Part shown: in pieces, positions 25,864 through 38,685 of the stretch
Layout: every line of letters begins with the position of its first letter
Numbering within the stretch: the stretch's first letter is position 1
Assembly: GCA_051362555.1 (NCBI GenBank)
Contig: CM120642.1
Location: 7,936,001 to 8,000,000, forward strand
Origin: Lingula anatina
Lineage: Eukaryota > Animalia > Brachiopoda
DNA length: 64,000 bases
Reading direction: 5' to 3'
Notes under the pieces: model-generated
Told to the model about the DNA's origin: nothing
Databases searched by the model: none
Seen by the model: the letters and a program-made list of their open reading frames with translations, nothing else
Translations under genes and position numbers: made by a program

Positions 25864-26487
25864 TCACCAAGAACACTAGATTTTTGCAATATTGCTATAT
25901 TGCAGACACAGGTGAATCAATCTCAACTAACACAATTTACCATGCATACATATAAAATGTGTTTTGTTGCACATAGAAATTTCAAATTAATTCTTTAATT
26001 TTCAAGAACTTGGGCCATATCATTGATTTTCTATATTTTCTATCTATTTATCTATTTAATTACTTTTTCTTATTTTTCAGTGTGCAAAAAGGTGTATGTG
26101 AATGAATGCATTTTTTTATCCCCACCAACATATTGTCACCCTTCTTTTTCACAGGCGAAAACATACAAAGAATCCTTTAAGGAGACTTAATGCTCAAAAT
26201 GTGGTGGTATCTACAGTAACAATTAATCAGTTATTACACTTTCCAGTTTCTGAAACTTAAAACATCCCAGCAATATTTATGGAGACCAGGGTATTAGCAA
26301 TTTATATGCTAATTCAAATGTTATCCAGGAACTTTTAATGACACTGTATCTTCCAATGTGCCCTGATTCTCAACTAGCACTAATTAAGTTCAAGTAAGTA
26401 ATCTAAATAGTTAATAGTACTGTTACTATACCCTACAGTATCCGAATAAAACGTCAAAGGTAGAAGGTACATAGCTGTCACACTTAG

Positions 26488-26720
26488 GGACCATTCCCAC
26501 AGATATTTGGATCAATCTATCTCCCTGGGGAGTCTCACTAAATTGCTGTCAACTTGACCGGCTTAAATGCCTGTCACGACTAGTAAAGCTGTTAGGGTGT
26601 AATTATCTTTACCCCTAGCTGATTCGGTAGGCAAGACAGACATTTAATCCAGTTAGTTGACAGCAATTTAGTGAGACTCCCCAGGGAGTTAGATCGATCC
26701 TAGGCATAGGAACCCAGTCT
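26488..26720. mobile_element. Foldback element
   Basis: Palindromic core 26509-26700 (GGATCAATCTATCTCCCTGGGGAGTCTCACTAAATTGCTGTCAACT and its inverse); ends shared with 30492-30765. Confidence 0.75.
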
Positions 26721-26881
26721 TATATACAAGTTGATATATTATTTAGAAATAGCAAGGCACTTTCAGTTTAGCTGCCCTGTAATTCAAAAGATATCCTTAT
26801 TCTCCATTGGCACTTATAACATTTTGGTATGCAAAATACAAGTTAGTGATCCATATATCTATCATTTACCCAAGTACTCAC

Positions 26882-27074
26882 CATCTGCCACAATTTCTTC
26901 CTCGACCGTCTCCACATCCTCACATGACCCTGTGACACACGACAGCGAGAGATCCTCAGGTTCTGTCAACCCCAGATTGTCATAGTAACCGTCTAAGATA
27001 CGCTTCTTTATTCCTGGAAACATCGTACTACTGGAGTGATCATGGTAACCACTGTCATCATCAATACCATCCAT
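26882..27074 (-). CDS. GLIS2: GLIS2 probable first coding exon
   Basis: Acceptor tttttccag (exon starts 27076), ATG at 27074: MDGIDDDSGYH...TEPEDLSLS...IVAD(G)|gtgagt; phase 1 joins the exon at 18377; joined CDS 1881 nt. Confidence 0.8.
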
Positions 27075-27503
27075 TCCTGGAAAAAATAGCAAAGAAAACT
27101 TATTATTTCTTTTTAATCTGGGTGAAATGAGATAAGTCCAGGTATTTTATTATCAAGATAATGAGACTGTTAATTTGATATATACTGCTTATATACATAT
27201 ACGTACATTGTTAAAGTCAAGGTCTGATTTTCACTGAAGCAATAATCAATTATTTGAAAAAAAGAAGAAAAATAAATAAATACATAAATGATCTTTTTCA
27301 TCAATCTCAAAAGCCAATTTGATTTATCTTTGGTATTCATCGACTATTCTTCATTTCAGTGTAGGAAGAAATTCTCATCATAATGGTTGCATGGAAGAAA
27401 ATATGTTATAAATTCATGATAGTCTTCCTGCGTGAAGTAGACCATATCTGTGATTTTTTTACATTTTTTTTTTCTGAGAAAATTAAAATCAACTAAGTCT
27501 TAC

Positions 27504-27698
27504 CTTGCAGCAGCAAGTATGAGAATGTTCAATTTTGATTGCTCTTTTTTTCCTCCTAGATTTCATGAAACTTCAAAATTAAGATTTGCTTTTTTGTTGG
27601 CAGGTAGCCAGGTTTTGCACTACTGGTGAAGGGCCCACCGTCTTCTACCATGAGGGAACCTCAATGAAGACAGCTTAAGCTGCTATTCTATCCAGATC
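27504..27698 (-). other. GLIS2: Candidate GLIS2 5'UTR exon with upstream ATGs
   Basis: ttttacag acceptor and AAG|gtaag donor on the minus strand; its ATGs are not in frame with the main CDS. Confidence 0.4.
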
Positions 27699-30491
27699 CT
27701 GTAAAATACCAACATTTCAAACTTAAATACTTATTTCTAATTAAACATGCCAAATGCTGCAATTAGCAAAGAAAATAGACACAGTGCATGTCATTGGACA
27801 GCATTTTAATATGCAGGCCAAACATCTAACATACTGAGATCTAATGTCTAGTAGAACCATATCCTGCTGTCATTTTAAAACAGTTAAGAATAAAGTTGTT
27901 AGTCAAATTATCACTTCAGATATTCATATATCATATGATGCATTGAACATCCACCAACAAGCTGGCAGTGTGTTTAATTTTCAAACCCATTTTCTTTCAA
28001 AACTAGGTCAAGCACATCAATGAACAATGCAGATTTTCAACCACATGTTCCTAATTTGTGTTGTTGTATTGTGCATACATATTATAAACCATAATAATAT
28101 TACTTTTGTCATAAAAGCTGTATAATTCAAAGCAACACAAAAGGGTGCTGGGATCATCAATGAAAGTAACAGGCTCTTGGCTGTCCAATTCAGCACCAAT
28201 AAGTTAGGAACCCTATTGGGATCAACACCAGCAATAACATGGGCTCTGTTCTTTACAAAGGCGTCTCTGGTCTTTTAGTTAACAAGTTAGAAAATAGAAC
28301 AAGGCTACTTTTGAAAGTTTCAAGACAAAAAATGAGAGATTTCACCAGTGCCAAAATAAACAATAATTTGACCCTAGGAGTAAACAATGCAGCTAAGAAC
28401 CAAGCAGGACAATGAGTCTTTTACTAGCCAAAATTCATTGATCCATGAATAAGTATTTTTATGATAACAAACTTACAGTCTCTATACATTTCTATAGCTT
28501 TAACCTTGAAGTTTAAAACAAATATAGAAAACTGCTTCTCATGTCTATTTTTTCTGGAATATAAGGTTACTACTATCAATCAGTTTACTATCAATCAGTT
28601 TACCAAACATCGTCTCAAAATAATATAGATGATAATTCTTCGCATATTTACATTCATAAACAAGACAGCAACTGCTGGCAAACCAAAGAATACAGTAAAT
28701 TACTTACAAGCAAATAAACATATTTTTTAATAGGGGATAAACCTTGTACAGAATATTTACTTGATTAATATCTGGACAAACAAATTCTTCAGATTTATTT
28801 ATCAGATAGATTTAGTTTCTAAAATATTTGATATGAATATACACTGCTGACTCAGCTATAATCTCTCTACCTGCAACCCCCTATATGTATAAATATATTG
28901 TCCCAGGGAGCTTTTGTGAGAGGAATGAAACTAAAAGTAAAACCTGAAATGCAGCAGATCCCCTATCTCCTTCCCGACCTGAATTTTTCTTCGATGAGAC
29001 ATAACTGGACCACAGAGCAGTCCTGTGATAACCCTCTGTGATCCGCCCAATTCCTCAAACACAAACCTTCCTGTAGTAAAAACAAACATTTATGTACAAG
29101 ATAGTATCCACAGCAAACAATGTCACATTTCCTACCCTGGCACTTCCCTCATCCACTCCTATGTGCACTATGAAAGATAGTTTCCATGGTAACAATGTCC
29201 AACTTCCCATTTGTCCTCTTGTTATGCAGAATTATAAATTTCAATTTTTCTAACATTAAAATATAATTTTCTTTAGATTTCCTTTTTTAAAACCACTTGT
29301 GCCCACAGAGGATTTTAAGTGCAGTCAGTTCGATTGTTAGGTGGGCAAATGAAATAAAAATTTAAAGACCACTGAGAGAGCAACCATCACTCTAGTAAGT
29401 TTGAAACTCAGAACATCCTATATTTATTATTTTAAGACATCTTTTTTACTCAGCTTAAATCTGGTATATGATGGAAAAAAGCTATTTTGACCAGAGATGT
29501 TAGTTTCATTCTTCACAAAGGTGAACACTATATTGGTATCAGTACTATTAGAAAATGTGATCTACAGAAATGGGAAGATTTCAGGAAGAAATGTATTCAG
29601 CATGTTAAAATTGACTTAATTGCAATACAGATAAAAAATACTTGATATATTCATGTGCCATTTATTTTCAGCCTTACTTCTGAGCTTCTTTTGGAGAGCA
29701 ACAAATCTACAGTATAGAAATACAATTATTTACTAGTACATAACAAGTTCAGGCGTTAAAAATGAAATTGCCATTTGTGACTTGGGGCAGAAATTAACAT
29801 TCAAACTGTTTCAATACACAGTCCAAGCCTTGCGCTATTGACAATGAACAGCAGGTCCCTTCACCTTACCTATTCCACACTTTCCATCTGTGCCAGAGAT
29901 TATCGAAAATGCATTAGTATTAATGTACTCTCATATTATTCCACAGTAGGTACAGTGATTGTAAGTCTGGCAATAATTTCCAAGCTGCTTAACTGGGCCT
30001 CAGTGGAGATGTCAAGAAGCTAAAACTTTTCAGTAATGATTGTTCTCATAAAATTGTCTCTTACCTAGGCATCCTCCACCCGCTATCACAGATACAATGG
30101 CCACAACAAACTGTGAAACAGACTTCTGAATGAGAGAAGAATTTTGGAAATTGTTTCTCACCCAGAATCAAACTCTAAAATAACCACATAGGACATGTAC
30201 ATGCACCTTCTATTGTGCTCAGTAGGTTACTTCCTGGCAGGAAAAATTTCCATCATTATTTGACTTACCGCAAGCATTCAGAAATCCGATCAGGCTGTTA
30301 TAACTCCTTGGTTTTATCTAGCAGATGTTTAATTTTAATGCTGTTTAACAGGTAGACACTGAGATAAATGTTACCTTATTCATGGCTCTGTTGACAGGAA
30401 AACTGGTTGACTTTAAAGGAGTTTGCAAGATGAGGAGATGAGAGATGAGATAAAAAATTTGTGATTTCCGTATAATCCTGGATGTGCAACC

Positions 30492-30765
30492 TAGAGACCA
30501 TTCCCAGAGATATTGTACTAACTTTGGATCGATCTATCTCCATGGGGGTTCTCACTATATTGTTATCAAGTTAAGCAGCTTCGATGTCTCATACGCCCAC
30601 TGACGCTGTTAAAGGGTAATTGATTATCGTTTAGCGGCTTCAGTAGGCGTGCCAGACATCTAAGCCGTTTAAGCTAAATGCAATTTAGTGAGAAACCCCT
30701 TGGAGAGCGGCCCTTGGAGAGGGGTCAATCTAGTTAGATTGATCTAGGTACAGGAACCCAGTCCT
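30492..30765. mobile_element. Foldback element, same family as 26488-26720
   Basis: GACCATTCCC...GGATCGATCTATCTC...TTAGTGAGA...AGGAACCCAGTC. Confidence 0.7.
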
Positions 30766-31641
30766 AGTCATTATTTAAGATTCTGATCCATTTGTTTCTA
30801 TGCTTTAGCACAGCCAGTACATATGAGAAACCATAAATAGGAGTGTTAAAGCATGAATTTCATGCTCACGTTGTATTAACATTGTAAGACCTAAAACCTA
30901 GGCAAGCCAAAACAGCCAAACCAACATTATTTGGATCAGCAGCACGCTTACTAGTACTGTTCTAGCATTTTGTATTAAACCAAGAGCAATGCCTTTAGTG
31001 AAATCAAACCAAATAGCCATTTACAAGCACAAAATATGCAAACAGTTTAACGTTAACGCAGATGGAAATGCAAATTTCAGGCAGTAGGTTTGGTATGCAT
31101 GCACAAAAACAATATAAGTACGGTCTGTCAATGCTTTGAGTTCAATTGTTTCTATTTATTTCAACTTTCAAAAACGTAAACAGTTGTCAAAAGCACAGCT
31201 ACAAATATATAATTAAAAACAATTCATAATTTACCTGCATCTCGGTTTATTTTGCTCTATTTAAGACTTGGATGACAGCAACCAAGCTCGTTGTCGATGC
31301 AGCATGGACCCCCTGTAGGCCAAATAATACGTCATCATTTCTTGCGGTCTTGGGTTTATCTGAAATACGGATTATGCATATTAATTTATCACAAAATGCG
31401 CTAGGAACAAATGAACGATGTGTGAAATATTAAAACCAATAAAAAAAGGAATTGTTAACTGTTTTAAAGTAAAGTCACATTAAAACAACGTTTATATCAG
31501 AAAAGGTGGCGTGGGAAGATTAAAGACGTGGATCCTTGAAGGGAAATATATAAAGAAATACGATTTTGAGAGCGGTAACTATGCTCGTCACATCTAACAC
31601 ATTACATTTTTATTTTGCTCGGAGATACAACTGATTTAATA

Positions 31642-31935
31642 CAAGTGGCGGATTTAGGGTGTCAGGGGGATCCTGACCCCCCCCCCCCCCCCCCCTTTCG
31701 ATTTCTGAAAAAAATCACACGTACCAATGGGAATGCATGGTTACTTAATTAATTCTTGAATTTTAGAACTTTGACTAGCTGAATCATACATGTATAGTTC
31801 TAAACCGGTCCAAATAGCACCGTTCGCCCTCTAAAATACCAAAAATTTTCGAACCCGACGCCAAGGGGGCAGGGGGGGGGGGGAATCGGCTTTGCATCCG
31901 CAGACCCCCTTCAAATAATCCTGAATCCGTCCCTG
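31642..31935. mobile_element. MITE with GGCGGATT...AATCCGTCCCTG termini and poly-C/poly-G tracts
   Basis: Imperfect terminal inverted repeats; internal C-run at 31677-31695 and G-run near 31872. Confidence 0.55.
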
Positions 31936-31960
31936 TTTACTAATACTATCCACATAAAAA

Positions 31961-32130
31961 GGGGGCGTTTCGATAGTCCGCAGGTTCAATGGTCCGAAAT
32001 TTTAAAAGTGGTAACATTTTCATCGATTTTTTAATCAAGGGTTCGTTGGTCCGAAGGTTCTATAGTGAATTAACATTCGGACCAATGAACCTTCGGACTA
32101 TTGAACCTTCTGCCTATCGCTACGGCCCCC
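31961..32130. mobile_element. MITE with GGGGG/CCCCC termini and GGTTC..T.GTCCGAA subrepeats
   Basis: (C)ATAAAAA on both flanks (7-9-bp TSD); related sequence at ~50905-51018. Confidence 0.7.
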
Positions 32131-33499
32131 ATAAAAATGTTCAAATGATCTTAATCTGCAGTTTTTTTTTCTACCAGTGCACATACTCAACACAAACAAA
32201 TAACAAATTTATGATCTCTCTAGAGAGCTCGCACTCTCTTTTCACATCAGACCTAACCTTTGAAATAATTTCATCACAATAAAATAAAATAAATAGGCTT
32301 GATACAACAGGTAACATTTTCATAAAATTTCGAATGCATATTCCTACTGCTATAGTATTTTGCTGGAGTCACTGCTATCTTTTTTAAAAGCTCCTTTAAC
32401 CATGTCAGCTTTATGCATTTTTATATATATTTAAAACTTTATGGAAAGGTAAGTTTTAAAGAAACGTACAGTACAAAGGGTTTTTATTTTATCTCAAATT
32501 TAATCATATACATGTACTGTAGTCGTAGATCTAAAGGTTGTTCTCATAGTTTCAGTCATATGATATTGTTTTCCTTTGCAAAAGTCACATCAGACTTCAT
32601 TTTTGTTACCATTTTTATCAGCTAATATTATAAATTTGCACTGTTCTCTTTCTTGAGTGTGAAAAAATTAGTTTCACTTCATATTCTTTTTGTTAGCCAA
32701 GTGCGTGTGCTTTAAATCCTCTCGACCAATCATAAGAGGGAGTCAAGTCATATGATCGACTTCAAGGAACACACTTGACGAAAAAGGTAAAATGTGAATT
32801 GACCGGTTGCATTCCAGACACTCGTAGTAAAACTAAGGAGAATCAACACCTAGGTACCGGCAACTTTCAGAAAATAAATCCAGTATAAAATCAATGCAGC
32901 AATGACACAATGTTTCCTTTAAAACTTTGATGTATCGAATTTTTGTCTTTGGTAAATAAACCGGCTTTAATTAATTCTTTTAAATTTCCATTTACAAAAT
33001 TATAATTAACTCGTATTGTGCGACTTGTTTTGATCACAAATTCTCCCAACCACGCTTTTGGCATCGAGCCAACAGCTGTTGATTGTTTATTCGCCGCTTT
33101 CCCGCGCCTTGCCAACACGACATCCACTTAGTACAGTGTACTTCCGCGACAGATAAAGAGCGATTCATAAAAAATTTAATAAAAACCAAATACCAATTTT
33201 AGTAATACGATCTTATCATTGATGCATTCAACGTTGAACACTAAGATCTGAATACATTTTATGTTGAATATGAGCTCAGATATTGTGCTAAAATTTGTTT
33301 GGCGCGTGATTTCTTAATGAGATGCGCGGATTAATATCAGCATGTGCTGAGCACCGAGCAGCTGTTTCCCGCCAAATAGTACTCCATTGTATATCTTACT
33401 CACCGCGACCTGACTCGTAGTAAGCTTTGTTTACAACCTGAATTTTCAGTTTTTCGTGGGCGCAAATTTGCCAAATTTGATTCCATAGAATCTGCGAAG

Positions 33500-33588
33500 A
33501 TGTCCTTTCAATCGAAGTCAGCGGATAAGCGACGCAATTTCATGGTTTACGACATCCAAGACGCGGAAGCGCTGAGAGATATGTTGAG
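33500..33588 (+). CDS. TFAP4: TFAP4 (AP-4/cropped) exon 1
   Basis: MSFQSKSADKRRNFMVYDIQDAEALRDML(R)|gtttgt in the CpG-rich region; phase 2 fits exon 2. Confidence 0.75.
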
Positions 33589-35306
33589 GTTTGTGTACTT
33601 TTTACTCATGCTGTTATGACATTCCACTCATTAGTTAATTAGTTTTTAAATATTTAGATACATTTCTTTTTGCATTAATGTTGGTTTTAGTGTCTTTTAA
33701 TGAATAATGCATCATATCATACGCTTGTCACTTGCGATTTGAGGAGTTTTCTGTGATAAAACTGCGAAAGAAAATGGGTGTTTCAGGACGAGCACATGTT
33801 CCGATCGGCATATCAAAACAAAGGGACCACACAAAGGGCCCGTGCACCCGTGAAGAGACTTGGCCTCTTTTACTAAGATATTTACCACATAAAGCAAAGT
33901 CTCATGGTTCATATTGGGAAAAATTTATTGTTGGCATTTAATTTAATGTATTTTTCACGTATTATTTTTTGCAAGCCGGGTTGTTTTGACTGTAAAATTA
34001 TCAGACTTGTTGACCCATATGACTTCGTAACGGAGGCCATTTTTATCGCTTCAGCGCTTTTGTTGACTTTGTCAATTTTAAGACAGATTTAATGACTTTG
34101 CTTATATTAAAATGCTTAAAGGCACCTCTATTGACGATCTCTACGTTTCATACATAATACACGCCGTAGACATTCTCAAATGTATATATTTTTTTACAAG
34201 AAACAGCTGTTCGATCAAAAAGGGTGGGCCGTTTGAGCTTTGTGATCAGCTGCTGCGTACTTGTCTACTTCCGCATAAAATAAGCATATTTAATCTTCAG
34301 GTCAGATATTGTGTGCGAATTTTGCGATGTTTTAGGTTGATCTTGGGTACAGGTTAGGTCATGATTCAGTATTTAGATTATTGAATTGATTGCATTAATC
34401 ACCTGACCCGACTTGTTTGTAAACAAACTCGCCAGCGTTTATAGAAGAATATAAATAAAAGAGGTCATCCTGCCGGAAATATCAAACCCTTTTTAACGGC
34501 CGTTTATTTAAATCTGGTTTTTATATGCATTTCTCCTTGCTCCAGACGCCAGTCAACATAGATAATGTATGAAAAATGAGAGATCGTCACGAGTTCGGAC
34601 TACTTGGCTCGCATCCAAGTCTGGGTCAAAATAACTGCACAGATGTTCGGTCTGATTGTATGTCTGGCACTGTTGATGTTACTGCGTCTTCAGTTATTTC
34701 TTTCTTACCTCAGGACTGAGTGATCTCAGTGAAGACATCTGCTCACTGGTGTTCACATGTATTTAGGGGGGATGCTTTGTATTGTTATTGTGCAAGATGA
34801 TAATTTGAACACCACCCAGCTGGTGTGTTGGCTGCATGCCAACGTTTTACTGAGGTAGTATGTTGGCGAGGAGAAATCAATAAAATACATTGATTTAAAT
34901 GCAGGCCGCTGAATATTAATGCCTGGTGTATTCCGTGAATAACATAACCAACTCTTGTCTAATTTAATAGGGAAGTGATCAGTGCTCCCTTTGCTTTTCT
35001 AAGAGTTGTAATTTGAGTAAAGCAATTATCATTTGTATTGTGTGGATATTCATAATTCAATAGGCCAAAGTAAAAGATGCTGGCATTAGTCATAGGACAT
35101 ATGCCTCATTAATTACTTACACCTAATGATATTATAGTAGTTCTGTGATTATGGTGATCTCATGAATTAAATAAATTGGATATAAATTGTATCTGGATTC
35201 CAATTGCAAAGTGATTATGCAAAATAAAGATTTAATTAATTGTATTAAATTGCAATATTTTCATACTAATAGTATAATCATTCTGTAACTATATATCACT
35301 TTGCAG

Positions 35307-35469
35307 AAGCAGCAGTGATCTGTCACCTAAAGCTCATTTGGAGCAAGAGAAGAAAATACGGCGTGAGATAGCCAACAGTAACGAGAGGCGCCGTATGCAG
35401 AGCATTAATGCTGGGTTTGAGACGCTGAAAACCTTGCTGCCACAGACAGATGGAGAAAAGCTGAGCAAG
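35307..35469 (+). CDS. TFAP4: TFAP4 exon 2 (basic region, helix 1, loop)
   Basis: ...EQEKKIRREIANSNERRRMQSINAGFETLKTLLPQTDGEKLSK|gtaaga; diagnostic AP-4 bHLH. Confidence 0.97.
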
Positions 35470-38348
35470 GTAAGAATATGAGAGAATATGTCTGTGATGT
35501 GTGGAATTTTGCTGCTTAGATCCCAGTTTTAACTGCTAATCTGAGATATTTAATCTATTCAATAATTTTTCTATAATAGGCAGTCCTGGTAGTTTTAAAA
35601 ATAGTATTATTTATATGAAAAAAATGGATGAGTGATGTACTTATGTGATGAGCCAAACACATTGCATTTTATTTTTTATACAGTAGTGTTTTATTTATCT
35701 AAAAATATAATTTAAAAATTTCTGTATCCTTATTGTTTCATCACATTTTACTATAATATGTGTTTAATGCAAATTAACAAATTTCAGCAAAGTATATCAA
35801 TCTCTATGGGTGTTAACACTTTCCTTAAAAAGAGTGCATCAGATCTATTTAAAGTATGTAATCTGGTTGTCGGAAGTCCACACTGGTGTCAGCGTGTGTC
35901 ATAGGCGAGCTATCATTCACTTATAAAAGCTGCGGGAGACTGAACACCTCTTTGTCACTCCCGCATTTTTGTCACCCGGACAACGCTCATTAAAGCATAC
36001 TTGTGGCGAGATAAATGGCTGCGTATCCCTTTGTCATTAGTAGAGCTCTCTGCTCATCTTTGAAAGCTGTTCAGACTGCAGATAATGATCTAGAGAATGC
36101 ATTCGGGTGGATAAGAATCTACAGAACTTGGCCAAGGAGTAGAATTGTGTCATGTAGACATAGGAATTTGTAATGACACTTCTGGCTGGATTGAGGTTAC
36201 TTTATAAGATGAAGAAAACTTGATAATTCAGATAATGTGGTTGGCCCATAGGCAGCATATTTCTGGTGTTAAAAATGTAATCTTTCCCCCAAACTTAATT
36301 GAATAAATTTTTATATCAAAAATTATATTTAGCAGATTTAAAGCACTACAGCATTTGGCAGACATTCTAATACTAGTTTTAGTAAAGTTTCTCACTTACT
36401 CAACTTCTCATCCTCATTTTATTTTACTTAATTTTTTTGTCCTTAACGATGTGATTACATAAACAAATTTAAATGATTACCTTTCGAATTGCAACCACAA
36501 ACAAACAGAACATTTAATCTCAAAAGTTACTCAATTTAAAGATATTAGCAGGCTTTTTTCTTTGTTTTTATATAATTCTTTTTCTAGAGAGTGGCACTGT
36601 AAGTTGATAACACAACAGATATGATGTTGAGACACAATTGAATTGCGGTATCGTTTTTTCACATATCATACGGAAAGCTGTTGTTGCATGTTAAGCTTAA
36701 ACCCGCAAGAGGTTGCCATGGAAACCTAACCACATAATCAAATATTCCAAGGTAATTTCCTAGTGTGCAATTCTTGTACACTGCGACAACGTTATTGATT
36801 TTATTAAGCTTTCTCTGTCTGTCTACTTCAAGTAATCTTAGATTGTTGGTACTGATAAGTAAACTGATCAAAGATGGAAACGATGCATTATCTGCATCAG
36901 TTGAAAATTAATTACCTGGATTTCCAGCATTCTAAGAAAGAAGCTGGAAAATTTTGACTCATTGAGTGTGCAAATTATACTAGGTGTGCTCTTATTAAGT
37001 ATAGTGATGGGTATTCAAAAAGCACGCTTTTTGTTTTTAGTAAATTTTTTTTTACCTCCACCAAGGAGGTTATGTTTTCACCCCTGTTTGTCTGTCTGTC
37101 ATCAACATAACTCAAAAAGTTATGGACCTATTTTTATGAAATTTTCAGGAACTGTTATTTTCAGTTAGTATATTTCGGAGGGGTATCTGATGCCTGCTTT
37201 ATTATGAATTTTTTCTGAGTGTCATATGGATTCATGAATGTTTTTTGGTTTATAAGCGGGGGAAAACTGAAATGAAATGGATGTTGTTAAAAGCAACAAC
37301 AAATTTATGTTACATTAATGTATGAACATTAATGTATGAACATGCATTGCCTCAGTACAAATAGAACAGTCCAACTAAAAAGGAGAAAAAATATGACAAA
37401 TCACATACAGGCTTTCTATTTATAAACAAAAACTAGGTAAGAATAAACTTAAGTTTTACTCAGCCTGCCTCCCCTAGATCAGCTGATTTCCCCTCCCATA
37501 CATTCAAGACAAATCAGCTGACTTGTATTTGTACCATGCAGATTGTTGATGCTACCCTTTCATGTCTTGAGTAATAATAAGCCACAGCCGCATTCCACAC
37601 ATTTTACTGGTCGCCAGACTATAAAAGGTGCATCGTGGGAAAGAAAGGTGCTATACAATTGCACTGGAGAGACTTGTCCGACTTTAATCTCGTCATTAGC
37701 ATGTGAAAACATAGCCTGTGACCCAGAGGCTGAAAGTAGTTCTCCTCAATGAACCTAGAGGCCTCATGGTGTACATTAAGTGAAATAAAGTCGGACGTAG
37801 GTCCCATGAATAAACCGGATGTGGGGGGTTCAGTTATCAGCTTGGCCAGGTAGTAAAACAAGTTGATTGATTGAAGGGCCTATATTGTTTGACTGTGCAC
37901 TAGCGAAAATAACACCCTGAATGAGAAAGTGAAACTGAAATGAACGCGTTTGATGGAAAGTCTTAGGTGAGGGTGTAAAGTGACTGGTGGAACAATACAG
38001 GGTGTACAGGGTTACCGGGTGCAGCTTATTACTTTTGTTAGTCCCTGTAATTAAGCTCACCTGTTTGACTAGGGATTAAGTCCACTATTTGACCACGGCT
38101 ACTAGTAGGTGTCCCATACAGCTTATTTGATTTGCATTGGGTATTTACACTTAGGGAAGTGGCACTGATTTGTGGCATGAATGAGACAAGGTTGTTAAAG
38201 TATTAGCTTTTATAAAGATCCCCCTTCTCTTGGGCTGTATGTTAAACATAGGTGGGTGTTGAAGCGGGTTTAGTTTTCTGTGTTAAGTGGTGAGTGGGAT
38301 ATTATTATGAAGATTTTATGCAAAAGATAATATGTATACAAAAATTAA

Positions 38349-38685
38349 AGGCATAATAACTCTTTGTATGAGACCTATATTTCACAATAAAAACCTTGTG
38401 AATAACTCATAGAAATATAATATATTCTGTTTTACCACAAAAACAGCAGTTATAGCTTTTATTCTGATATTTGAACTTGTCTTTAGACCACGTGACCTCC
38501 ATTGATGTCTATACTCTGTTAAAATCTCTTAAGAGATTTTAACAAAAAAACAAACTTTTTAGAAAAAAACCAGGGACTAACTTTGAATGTAAAAATGGAT
38601 TCATTAACCATTGGTAAGTATGGGAAAATTGTTGTTTACTCCAGGAAAATTCATTTTTTGGCCGAAACGAAGAGTTATTATTGCT
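38349..38685. mobile_element. Kolobok-like MITE in TFAP4 intron 2
   Basis: TTAA|AGGCATAATAACTCTT...AAGAGTTATTATTGCT|TTAA; TTAA TSD with AG..CT termini; 28-bp internal palindrome 38517-38544. Confidence 0.8.

Larger units (their letters stand above)
31235..33499. promoter_or_regulatory. Divergent GLIS2/TFAP4 promoter region (CpG-retaining)
   Basis: Local CpG enrichment versus CpG-poor gene bodies; minus-strand donor CAG|gtaaat ending a candidate first GLIS2 exon at 31235; E2F-like sites TTTCCCGC 33098, TTTGGCGCG 33298, TTTCCCGCCAAA 33365; CAGCTG at 33073 and 33359. Confidence 0.6.
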
